From positions 457,796-521,795 of the forward strand of contig NW_018408858.1 in assembly GCF_002113885.1 (NCBI RefSeq): 64,000 bases of DNA, read 5' to 3'. A program made the position numbers and the translations under genes. Below the pieces are notes generated by a model. It was not told the origin of the DNA, searched no databases, and was given only the letters and a program-made list of their open reading frames with translations. The DNA is from Mizuhopecten yessoensis (taxonomy: Eukaryota). Below are positions 13,629-26,600 of the stretch, piece after piece (position 1 is the first letter of the stretch; each line of letters starts with the position of its first letter).

Positions 13629-15089
13629 GGCGCTGAAACAAAATAAAGTATCTTTTAAACAATCGGCTTTTGAAGTCTTCAGCTATCTATTACAACACAT
13701 GTCATAAAATAGACTTATGGATAATAATGGAATGTGTTAACGAGAGGCGACACGCTGAATTAGGTATTGGAAAAGTATAATCAAATGTCAGGATATCAGA
13801 AACTATGTACACTATGGCTCCGGTAATGAGTTATTTATTAAAGATGATAAAATGACCGATATACATGAAAATTACACATTAGTTATGTTCGCACCTGCTG
13901 TCCGGGGATAGATTTATTTAGATGTTTAGCAGAGATAAAACTATCGCTTTGGAACGATAGATAATGAAGCAAGCATACGTTTAGTTTGAGTTTAATTTGA
14001 CCAATAAATAGGGAACGACGGTTATTTGTAAGTGACGACAGCTAGAACTCTTTGTACGTGTGTATATTTAATACATAGCTTTTTGCTATACAAAAGAGAC
14101 GAAAGATACGCTAAATCAAAACGACACAGACCGCAGCTAATACCTTGATATCGAGCTAATAAATTTCATCTTGACCAAAGAATTATGTTAACTCTTGATT
14201 TGTCAACTTATACTAGATATGAGAATGTCAATTTAAATTATAAATGAAATTTGATTTCTTTGTTTTTAAATGTGTGTAAAAGAAGCATCCTCACCTTTTT
14301 TTAATAGATGCGATGGCTGTATTTCTGCTAGAAAATTCTTATTTATACAACAATTGTTTTAGAGTATGTAAATCTCATAACAACATCATGTACCTAACTT
14401 GAAATAGGAATAGGGATGAATTGTTTTTCCTTGTCAAATATTTGCCCTCTGGTCTAAAACCGAAATTGCCTGGAGTTTAATTTACCAACGAATATTTACC
14501 AATGCTGCTTAATATATAACTTATCTTTGCTGGATTTTCCCTCCCCTTTAAAGACAAAATTAACGGAAATGAACAAGAGACGATCATTTACCAGAGCAAA
14601 ATGCTATATTTGTAGTATTGGATATTCTTGATGCTTTGTAAGTTATTATTATGACATCATCAAAACTATAAACATACTTACTGAATTCACCTTGCGACAA
14701 GCTGCTCTTTCCGACGAATTAGAATACGAAACACCAACAGATGAGTACAAACAGAATACTATAAAATTCACTGTCGACTAATCTCATGCGTCCGTTGTCA
14801 TATCTGATAAACTTAATTATGCTCAGAAACATCACGACTGTACATTTCATACGGAAAATAGATATCCAATTGTGTAAATGCCATTGTTATCTGTCATTAA
14901 CCCATCTAAATTACGGAAACAATTTGTAGTTAATACGTATTTAATACGTACTTATTTTAATAGCCCCACTTCCGTATAACCAGTGGGGAAGAGATTGCAA
15001 CATGTCAAGCTGCTTATTTCGTCCGACTGACATTATTGTTACTTTATCTGGATAATAAGCTGTGTAGAAACATCCTGTATATGTGTGTC

Positions 15090-18000
15090 ATTACTAGCGC
15101 ATATCTAAATAATGTGTCACGGTAAGGTTAATGTATCAGATTATAATAAAGCAAAAGGTCTTAATATTGGATATGTATCATATCCCGACTTAACATCGTG
15201 TGTAGTAAATTATTACTAGGCAGTGTGTCGTGACGAGGGACATGTATTGTATCATGACTAGACAATGTACGTGTCGTGGTTAGAGACATGTATTGTATCA
15301 TAACTAGACAATGTACGTGTCGTGGTAGGAGACATGTATTATATCATGACTAACCAATGTACGTGTCGTGGTTAGAGACATGTATTGTATCATGACTAGA
15401 CAATGTACGTGTCGTGGCAAGGGACATGCATTGTATCTTGACTAGACAATGTACGTGTCGTGGTTAGAGACATGTATTGTAGCATGACTAGACAATGTAC
15501 GTGTCGTGGTAGGGACATGTATTGTATCATGACTAGACAATGTACGTGTCCTGGTTAGAGAAATGTATTGTATCATGACTAGACAATGTAAGTGTCGTGG
15601 CAAGGGTCATGTATTGTATTTTGACTAGACAATGTACGTGTCGTGGTAGGATACATGTATTGTATCATGACTAGACAATGAACGTGTCATGGTTAGAGAC
15701 ATATATTGTATCTTGACTAGTCATTTTACGTGTCGTGGTAGGGAAATGAATTGTATCATGACTAACCAATTTACGTGTCGTGGTTAGAGTCATATATTGT
15801 ATCATGACTAACCAATGGACGTGGCGTGGTTAGAGACATTTATTCTATCATGACTAACCAATGGACGTGGCGTGGTTAGAGACATTTATTATATCATGAC
15901 TAGAAAATGTACGTGTCGTGGAAAGGGACATGAATTGTATCTTGACTAGTCAATGGACGTGATGTGGCAAGAGACATATATTGTATCATGACTAACCAAT
16001 GTACGTGTCGTGATTAGAGACATTTATTGTATCATGACTAACCAATGTACGTGTCGTGGTTAGAGACATATATTATATCATGACTAGACAATGTACGTGT
16101 CGTGGCAAGGGACATGCATTGTATCTTGACTAGACAATGTACGTGTCGTGGTTAGAGACTCGTATTGTATCATGACAAGACAATGTACGTGTCGTGGTTA
16201 GAGACATGTATTGTATCATGACTAGACAATGTACGTGTCGTGGTTAGAGACATGTATTGCATCATGACTAGACAATGTACGTGTCGTGGTAGGAGACATG
16301 TATTGTACCATGACTAGTCAATGTACATGTCGTGGTTAGAGACATATATTGTATCATGACTAACCAATGTACGTGTCGTGGTTAGAGACATATATTGTAT
16401 CATGACTAGACAATGTACGTGTCGTGGTTAGAGACACGTATTGTATCATGACAAGACAATGTACGTGTCGTGGTTAGAGACATGTATTGTATCATGACTA
16501 GACAATGTAAGTGTCGTGGCAAGGGACATGCATTGTATCATGACTAACCAATGTACGTGTCGTGGTTAGAGACATTTATTCTATCATGACTAACCAATGT
16601 ACGGGTCTTGGTTAGAGACATATATTGTATCATGACTAGACAATGTTCGTGTCGTGGTTAGAGACATGTATTGTATCATGACTAGACAATGTAAGTGTCG
16701 TGGCAAGGGACATGTATTGTATTTTGACTAGACAATGTACGTGTCGTGGTAGGATACATGTATTGTACCATGACTAGTCAATGTACATGTCGTGGTTAGA
16801 GACATGTATTGTATCATGACTAGACAATGGACGGGTCGTGGTTAGAGACATGTATTGTATCATGACTAGACAATGTTCGTGTCGTGGTTAGAGACATGTA
16901 TTGTATCATGACTAGATAATGTACGTGTCGTGGTAGGAGACATGTATTGTACCATGACTAGTCAATGTACATGGCGTGGTTAGAGACATATATTGTATCA
17001 TGACTAGCCAATGTACGTGTCGTGGTTAGAGACATTTATTCTATCATGACTAACCAATGTACGGGTCGTGGTTAGAGACATAAATTGTATCATGACTAAC
17101 CAATGTACGTGTCGTGGTTAGAGACATATATTGTATCATGACTAGCCAATGTACGTGTCGTGGTTAGAGACATTTATTCTATCATGACTAACCAATGTAC
17201 GTGTCGTGGTTAGAGACATTTATTCTATCATGACTAACCAATGTACGGGTCGTGGTTAGAGACATAAATTGTATCATGACTAGACAATGTACGTGTCGTG
17301 GTAGGAGACATGTCTTGTACCATGACTAGTCAATGTACATGTCGTGGTTAGAGACATATATTGTATCATGACTAGCCAATGTACGTGTCGTGGTTAGAGA
17401 CATTTATTCTATCATGACTAACCAATGTACGGGTCGTGGTTAGAGACATATATTGTATCGTGACTAGACAATGTACGTGTCGTGGTTAGAGACATATATT
17501 GTATCTTGACTAGACAATGTACGTGTCATGGTAGGAGACATGTATTGTATCTTGACTAGACAAAGTACGTGTCGTGGTAAGAGAAATGTATTGTACATGT
17601 ATCTTGACTAGACAATGTACGTGTCGTGGTAAGAGAAATGTATTGTACATGTATCTTGACTAGACAATGTACGTGTCGTGGTAGGAGACATGTATTGTAT
17701 CTTGACTAGACAATGTACGTGTCATGGTTAGAGACATAAAATATATCTTGACTAGACAATGTACGCGTCGTGGCAAGGGACATGCATTGTATCTTGACTA
17801 GACAAAGTACGTGTCGTGGTAAGAGAAATGTATTGTACATGTATCTTGACTAGACAATGTACGTGTCGTGGTAGGACAAAATATATATTGTATCTTGACT
17901 AGACAATGTACGTGTCATGGTAGGAGACATGTATTGTATTTTGATTGGACATGTACGTGTCGTGGTAGGACAAAATATATATTGTATCTTGACTAGACAA

Positions 18001-21000
18001 TGTACGTGTCATGGTAGGAGACATGTATTGTATTTTGATTGGACAATGTACGTGTCGTGGTAGGATACATGTATTGTATCATGACTAACCAATGTACGTG
18101 TCGTGGTTAGAGACATATATTGTATCATGACTAACCAATGTACGTGTCGTGGTTAGAGACATATATTATATCATGACTAGACAATGTACGTGTCGTGGCA
18201 AGGGAAATGTATTGTATCATGACTAGTCAATGTACTTGTCATGGTAGGAGCCATGTATTGTATCCTGACTATTCAATGTACGAAGAGACATGTATTGTAT
18301 CTTGACTAGACAATGTACGAGTCGTGGCAAGGGACATGCATTGTATTTTGACTAGACAATATACGTGTCGTGGTAAGAGACATGTATTGTATCTTGACTA
18401 TACAATGTACGTGTCGTGGAAGGAGACATGTATTGTATCTTGACTGGACAATGTACGTGTCGTGGAAGGAGACATGTATTGTATCTTGACTGGACAATGT
18501 ACGTGTCGTGGAAGGAGACATGTATTGCATCTTGACTAGACAATGTACGTGTCGTGGTAAGAGACATGTATTGTATCTTGACTAGACAATGTACGTGTCG
18601 TTGAAGGAGACATGTATTGTATCTTGACTAGACAATGTACGAGTCGTGGCAAGGGACATGCATTGTATTTTGACTAGACAATATACGTGTCGTGGTAAGA
18701 GACATGTATTGTATCTTGACTATACAATGTACGTGTCGTGGAAGGAGACATGTATTGTGTCTTGACTAGACAATGTACGTGTCGTGGAAGGAGACATGTA
18801 TTGTATCTTGACTAGACAATGTACGTGTCGTGGTAGGACAAAATATATATTGTATCTTGACTAGACAATGTACGTGTCATGGTAGGAGACATGTATTGTA
18901 TTTTGATTGGACATGTACGTGTCGTGGTAGGACAAAATATATATTGTATCTTGACTAGACAATGTACGTGTCTTGGCAAGGGACATGCATTGTATCATGA
19001 CTAGACAATGTACGTGTCGTGGCAAGGGACATGCATTGTATCTTGACTAGACAAAGTACGTGTCGTGGTAAGAGAAATGTATTGTACATGTATCTTGATG
19101 ACTAGACAATGTACGTGTCGTGGTTAGAGACATATATTGTATCATGACTAACCAATGTACGTGTCGCGATTAGAGACATTTATTGTATCATGACTAACCA
19201 ATGTACGTGTCGTGGTTAGAGACATATATTGTATTGTATCTTGACTAGACAATGTACGTGTCATGGTAGGAGACATGTATTGTATTTTGATTGGACATGT
19301 ACGTGTCGTGGTAGGACAAAATATATATTGTATCTTGACTAGACAATGTACGTGTCGTGGTTAGAGACATATATTGTATCATGACTAACCAATGTACGTG
19401 TCGTGGTTAGAGACATTTATTGTATCATGACTAGACAATGTACGTGTCGTTGTAGGACACATATATTCTATCTTGACTAGACAATGTACGTGTCCTGGTT
19501 AGAGACATATATTGTATCTTGACTAGACAATGTACGTGTCCTGGTTAGAGACATATATTGTATCTTGACTAGACAATGTACATGTCATGGTAGGAGACAT
19601 ATATTGTATTATGACTAGACAATGTACGTGTCGTTGTGGGAGACATATATTGTATCTTGACTAGACAATGTACGTGTCTTGGCAAGGGACATGCATTGTA
19701 TCATGACTAGACAATGTACGTGTCGTGGCAAGGGAAATGTATTGTATCATGACTAGTCAATGTACTTGTCATGGTAGGAGCCATGTATTGTATCCTGACT
19801 ATTCAATGTACGTGTCGTGGCAAGGGACGTGTATTGTATCATGACTAGTCAATGTACTTGTCATGACTAGTCAATGTACGTGTCGTGGCAAGGGACATGT
19901 ATTGTATCATGACTAGTCAATGTACTTGTCATGGTAGGAGCCATGTATTGTATCCTGACTATTCAATGTACGTGTCGTGGCAAGGGACATGTATTGAATT
20001 TTGACTAGACAATGGACGTGTCGTGGTAGGAGACATGTATTGTATTTTGACTAGACAATAGACGTGTCCTGGTGGGAGACATGTATTGTATCATGACTAG
20101 ACAATGTACTTGTCGTGGCAAGGGACATGTATTGTATCATGACTAGTCAATGTACTTGTCATGGTAGGAGACATGTATTGTATCATGACCAGACAATGTA
20201 CGTGTCGTTGTTAGAGACATATATTGTATCATGACTAGACAATGTACGTGTCGTGGACAATGTACGTGTCATGGTAGGAGACATGGATTGTATCATGACT
20301 AGACAATGGACGTGTCGTGGTAGGGACATGTATTGTATTATGACTAGACAATGTACTTGTCATGGTAGAAGACATGTATTGTATTTTTACTAGACAATGG
20401 ACGTATCGTGGGAGGAGACCTGTATTGTATTTTGACTAGACAATAGACGTGTCCTGGTAGGAGACATGCATTGTATCATGACTAGACAATGTACGTGTCG
20501 TGGCAAGGGAAATGTATTGTATCATGACTAGTCAATGTACTTGTCATGGTAGGAGACATGTATTGTATCATGACTAGTCAATGTACGTGTCGTGGCAAGG
20601 GACATGTATTGTATTTTGACTAGACAATGTACGTGTCATGGTAGGAGACATGTATTGTATCATGACTAGTCAATGTACGTGTCGTGGCAAGGGACATGTA
20701 TTGTATCTTGACTAGACAATGTACTTGTCATGGTAGGAGACATGTATTGTATCATGACTAGTCAATGTACGTGTCGTGGCAAGGGACATGTATTGTATTT
20801 TGACTAGACAATGTACGTGTCATGGTAGGAGACATGTATTGTATCATGACTAGTCAATGTACGTGTCGTGGCAAGGGACATGTATTGTATTTTGACTAGA
20901 CAATGGACGTGTCGTGGTAGGAGACATGTATTGTATTTTGACTAGACAATAGACGTGTCCTGGTAGGAGACATGTATTGTATTTTGACTAGTCAATGTAC

Positions 21001-22220
21001 GTGTCTTGGTAGGAGACATGTATTGTATCATGACTAGACAATGTACGTGTCGTGGTTAGATACATGTATTGTATCATCACTAGACAATGTACGCGTCGTT
21101 GTTGGAGACATGCATTGTATCTTGACTGGTCAATGTACGTGTCTTTGTAGGAGACATGTATTGTATCATGACTAGTCAATGTACGTGTCATGGCAACGGA
21201 CATGTATTGTATCATGACTAGACAATGTACGTGTCATGGTAGGAGACATGTATTGTATTTTGATTGGACAATGTACGTGTCGTGGTAGGATACATGTATT
21301 GTATCATGACTAGTCAATGTACGTGTCGTGGTAGGAAACATGTATTGTATTATGACTAGACAATGTACGTGTCGTGGTTAGAGACATATATTATATCATG
21401 ACTAGACAATGTACGTGTCGTGGTAGGAGACATGTATAGTATCTTGACTAGACAATGTACGTGTCGTGCTAGGAGACATGTATTTTATCTTGACTAGACA
21501 ATGTACGTGTCGTGGTTAGAGACATATATTGTATCTTGACTAGTCAATGTACGTGTCATGGTTAGAGACATATATTGTATCTTGACTAGACAATGTACGT
21601 GTCATGGTTAGAGACATATATTGTATCTTGACTAGACAATGTACGTGTCGTGGTTAGAGACATATATTGTATCTTGACTAGACAATGTACGTGTCGTGGT
21701 TAGAGACATTTATTGTATCTTGACTAGACAATGTACGTGTCGTGGTAGGATACTTGTATTGTATCATGACTAGTCAATGTTCGTGTCGTGGTAGGAGACA
21801 TGTATTGTATTATGACTAGACAATGTACGTGTCGTGGTTAGAGACATTTATTGTATCTTATCTTGACTAGACAATGTACGCGTCGTGGTTAGAGACATTT
21901 ATTGTATCATGACTAGACAATGTACTTGTACGTGTCTTGGCAAGGGACATGCATTGTATCTTGACTAGACAATGGACGTGTCGTGGTAGGAGACATGTAT
22001 TTTATCTTTACTTGACAATGTACGTGTCGTGGTTAGAGACATTTATTGTATCTTAGCTTGACTAGACAATGTACGTGACGTGGTAGGAGACATGTATTGA
22101 ATCATGACTAGACAATGTACGTGTCGTGGGAGGAGATATGTATTGTATCATGACTAGTCAATGTACGTGTCGTGGTAGGAGACATGTATTGTATTTTGAC
22201 TAGTCAATGTACGTGTCGTG
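15090..22220. repeat. 46-bp satellite array, about 150 copies (GTATTGTATCATGACTAGACAATGTACGTGTCGTGGTTAGAGACAT)
   Basis: 46-bp periodicity (15241 to 15287). Variants GGTTAGAGA, GGTAGGAGA and GGCAAGGGA are interspersed. The left edge is degenerate. Confidence 0.97.
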
Positions 22221-22810
22221 ACAGGGTTTTGCTCATAAAAAATCCAGAGGTTATGATTTTCATGTCCATGAAGATGCCATTTGACTGGCTACTATTTTGA
22301 AAATATTAACTGTTACCCAGAGCTTTTTAGACGACAACGAAAACATTCCCATTTCTCGAAACTTTGACAAAGAAAATCTTATCTTTCTGACATAACCGGT
22401 TTACATATAATTGTTTCATCGCTTGAAAATATCGTTTACAAAATTTCTTTTAGAAAATCTTTCCAACATTTGGCTTATATGAACTCATGTTTGCTGCAAA
22501 CAATGTGTTATAAATCTTAATAAAATTCTGATTTTCATATCTCATTTAAAATTCTCAAATAGTAGCAATTAAATTTAATTTCTATATTTAAATTCAATCA
22601 TTAAAACTAAGTATTAGTAACAGTTGTCTCATTTAGTACTGGCATGGTTTCTTAAAATACACACTTACTCGTAATTAAAACTAAACAAGTACTCCTCTAA
22701 TGTTTGGAAGTGTATATTATTACGGAGTACACCTCCCTTTCTGTTACAACAGTAATTAAAACCAATTTGGATGTCCAGCGTTTTGCCACAAGCACCAACA
22801 GCTGTATGGT

Positions 22811-23398
22811 GCAGTGTAATTCATTTTTGGGATGCTGTATTTATTACAGAATGTTAAAGCCACAGTCCTACGTGTGTGACTTACGTTCACTATTCACTTG
22901 GCTATCTATAACAGTTGTCTCATTTAGTACTGGCAGTGTAAATCATTTTTGGGATGCTGTATTTATTACAGAATGTTAAAGCCACAGTCCTATGTGTGCG
23001 ACTTACGTTCACTATTCACTTGGCTATCGACAACAGTTGTCTCATTTAGTACTGGCAGTGTAAATCATTTTTGGGATGCTGTATTTATTACAGAATTTTA
23101 AAGCCACAATCCTATGTGTGTGAATTACGTTCACTATTCACTTGGCTATCGATAACAGTTGTCTCATTTAGTACTGGCAGTGTAATTTATTTTTGGGATG
23201 CTGTATTTATTACAGAATGTGAAAGCCACAGTCCTATGTGTGTGATTTACGTTCACTATTCACTTGGCTATCGATAACAGTTGTCTCATTAAGTACTGGT
23301 AGTGTAATTCATTTTTGGGATGCTGTATTTATTACAGAATGTTAAAGCCACAGTCCTATGTGTGTGACTTACGTTCACTATTCACTTGGCTATCGATA
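22811..23398. repeat. 122-bp tandem repeat, about 4.8 copies, each holding a minus-strand AG-CCAAGTGAATAGTGAAC-GT(AAGT) micro-exon-like unit
   Basis: Units start at 22811, 22933, 23055, 23177 and 23299. Confidence 0.93.
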
Positions 23399-23677
23399 CA
23401 ATCATAAAAAAAAGAACATAAACGAAATCGGATAAGTTCCTGTTTTTATTATCAATATAATTATGTTGTCCATGCATCATACGACAACGTCAGCAGAGAC
23501 ATCCCAACATCTTTCGATAATACGAAACGAGACGCCCAATCAAAATAAAACAAATTGTGATTCTCAATGACATTGCATGCTATGGCACAACGGCATGATG
23601 TTTAAAGCGACAACGTGGAAGAAATAAGTAGGTTTGCTCTCACGAGCAATGGCGGACATTTAGATGTTTTTCTTGGT

Positions 23678-26600
23678 TTATTGGTCATCGGAGTCTGTAA
23701 CAGAAAAAAATAACCGAATTCAGCCGAAGTATAAATTCAGTTTCTATCATGATGTTTTTTATTTTTGAAGTAAAAAAAATGGTATTAACTTAAAAAAAAA
23801 GAAAACTTGCCTCTAAGTTAATTTTTGCAATATATTAAACTCTTAAATGAAGCTCATATCAGATTTATGTAACTAGTCCAGTTATACTGAATAGTGAATA
23901 TAAACGAATTCATAAATATATTATTTTATCACTTCATAAAGTATTTCTCTAACCATCATCATTGACTTTTCTTGTTTTAATTATGACGTCATCATTAAAA
24001 CACCTCTGACGTCATTATTGATAGTACAATTATATTATATTAATTGCATTTGAAAAATAGCATGGCCCTTTTCAAAGAATATGTGATACAACTGGATTTG
24101 GAAGTTATACTTCATAAAAAAATGAATCGTAAAAGAGCCAAATTTGCAAACAATAAAACGTATATCTTGACAACTACTCTCTGACACCAATTTCTGGCAA
24201 AAATATCATTATGTGTCTGTTGTCTGATCATTTCGTTTACGTACAATGTAATAAACGAGCGTGTATCAATTTATTCTACAACGGTGCTAATTATGTTTAC
24301 TTGATGGAGCCTATTTGTTGACTTAGGAATAGCTGCTTTTAAACTATTGCATACATCATCACAAAAACAACAATACATAAATACCGTCCACTTCGAAACA
24401 TTCAGTGTCTCCCCTCCCTGACATTCCTGCAAATCAAATATATATGTTTTAAACAATATGACAGGAAATTTTCAACCGACCCAACTAATGTGATTAACTA
24501 TTTTCGGGGTTTTTTCTGATAACAATTAATAATCACTACGGTGCTGACATACAACGAACAAAGTCACAAACAAATACCACTCGAAAATACTAACACTGGA
24601 ACTAGCGGGATTACATATAACAAAGTCCATTGCTAACTCAATACAAATGGTAGATAACACGAGGATTTTGTTAGCTCAATAACTTTGGCATAGTTATTGT
24701 AATATCGAGGCATAATGTTGTCGCACCAAATCTTAAACTTACCCATGTTTCTACAGCATTTCATTCCGCCATCTGTTAAGACATTTCAATTATATTACTA
24801 GTGAAATATAGTATAGTAAATTGCATAGTTAATTGTTATATTCCTTTTTTTTGTATAAAATAGCAGGAGAGAGTGAAAAGAATGAAAAATTATCTGGATA
24901 GCACAATTACAACCAGAAAGCAATACATCAGAGAATCAATACGCAGGTGGGCTACTGGAGATTTCCTTCCTGCAACAACCTGATCATATGACAACAGTTT
25001 CAAAATAATACGCAACATTAAACGGCAGGAACTGGAAAGACATCAAAGCACAAAGAAACAACACGAACTCCGTCAAAAATGAAAGGCAGAATCAGGTGGT
25101 GCTACAGAAAGTAAGCGTTTCGTCAACATGAAGAGACGCCGGTCATTACGTCTGCTGCTGATATTGTATACATCATATAAAACAATCATTTTTCAAACAC
25201 AGATATACCGGAACCAGACCCAGAGAAACAAGATTGTTTTATAATGAGTCACGCGTATTTCTTTTGACAGCGATTAAAGATAACATACATGTCATGGTAA
25301 TTTTAAACCTAACAACTGTTTGGGGCCGGAGGGGCGGGGACGAATAGTGAAAACATAGCAAATTCTTTAAACTCCTTCTTATTCAGTAGGAATGAAAGGA
25401 TTTGTTCCATGTTTGGTCTGAAGCATCCTTTGGTGAAGGGGAACCAATTTTGTATAAACCGTGGATCTGGCCCCCATGGGCCTGAGTGCGGGGCCAAAAG
25501 GGGGTAATAGGGCTATACTGATTTAAGCGACTTCTTCTCTGGAACTAAGAGATGGATATCAACCATATTTGACTGGAAGCATCCCTCAGTAGTGGAGATT
25601 CAAATTTGTACAAATGGTTGGGCTGAGCCCCAGGGGGCTGAGGGGCGGGGCCAAAAGGAGGCAATTTGGCTGTATTGCTACAAACGATTCTTGGAGATGG
25701 GGATTCAAAATTGTACAAATGGTTGGGGTGACCCCCCAGGGGGCTTAGGGGAGGGACCAAAAGAGGGCAAATTGTCCATATTGCTATAAACGACTTCTGT
25801 AGAATTATGCCATGGATATCGATCATATTTGGTCAGAAGCATTCATGGGAGGCAGGGATTCAAAATTGTACAAATGGTGGGGTTAATCGTTATTAACAGC
25901 CTATACCGATATATTTCGTCAACGATATCAAGCACGAGGTTGATCTTTGGATATCATTTAAACAATAACTGGTTGTCTGGATGTAATTATTGTTGATATA
26001 ATTACAAGTGGCCTCTGGCAAATCCCATAAAACCCGCTAGGGTTTATGGTAGATTTGCCAGAGGCCACTTGTAATTATAACAACAATAATTACATCCAGA
26101 CAACCAGGTATTTTTTATGTTGACAGATTTTTCTTTTTTAAGACATATTCCTACAAAAACCATTTGCCCTGCCTCAAAATACATTTCAGGCGGCCATTTT
26201 GTTTGTTTACATATTCCTACACCTGAAACAGGCAGCTGTAATTATAGTCGAGCAGTTGTAATTATAGCCTATGTAATTACACTTGCCCTCTAACACTGTT
26301 GTAATGGGACGGCGCGGGGGCAAATGTAAATATATAGAGATAAACAACAGCAAACTTTTCTCTTCATACTGTTTTAAAAAAAAAAATCAACTTCCGGTTT
26401 TCGGTACGGGTCAAAGTTCGAATGTGTAATTTTGTGAAACAAACTTCAAAAACCTTTTTCTCAATAACCAAGTGACCTAAGGTCATAATATTTATCGAAT
26501 ATTCATGCTCAAGCTGTGGACAATCAAGTTTCATAATATGAAAGACCTTGACCCATGTTCAAAGTCACTTGGGTCAATTATGTTAAAATCTTCAAAAGAC

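Noticed and set aside
22665-22801. Minus-strand open stretch AVGACGKTLDIQIGFNYCCNRKG... after an acceptor at about 22802, resembling another C...CC module
   Set aside because: It lies downstream of the predicted TIMP-B stop and has no convincing donor, so it is treated as probable UTR. It would matter only if 24385 splices directly to 22801, which RNA-seq could show.
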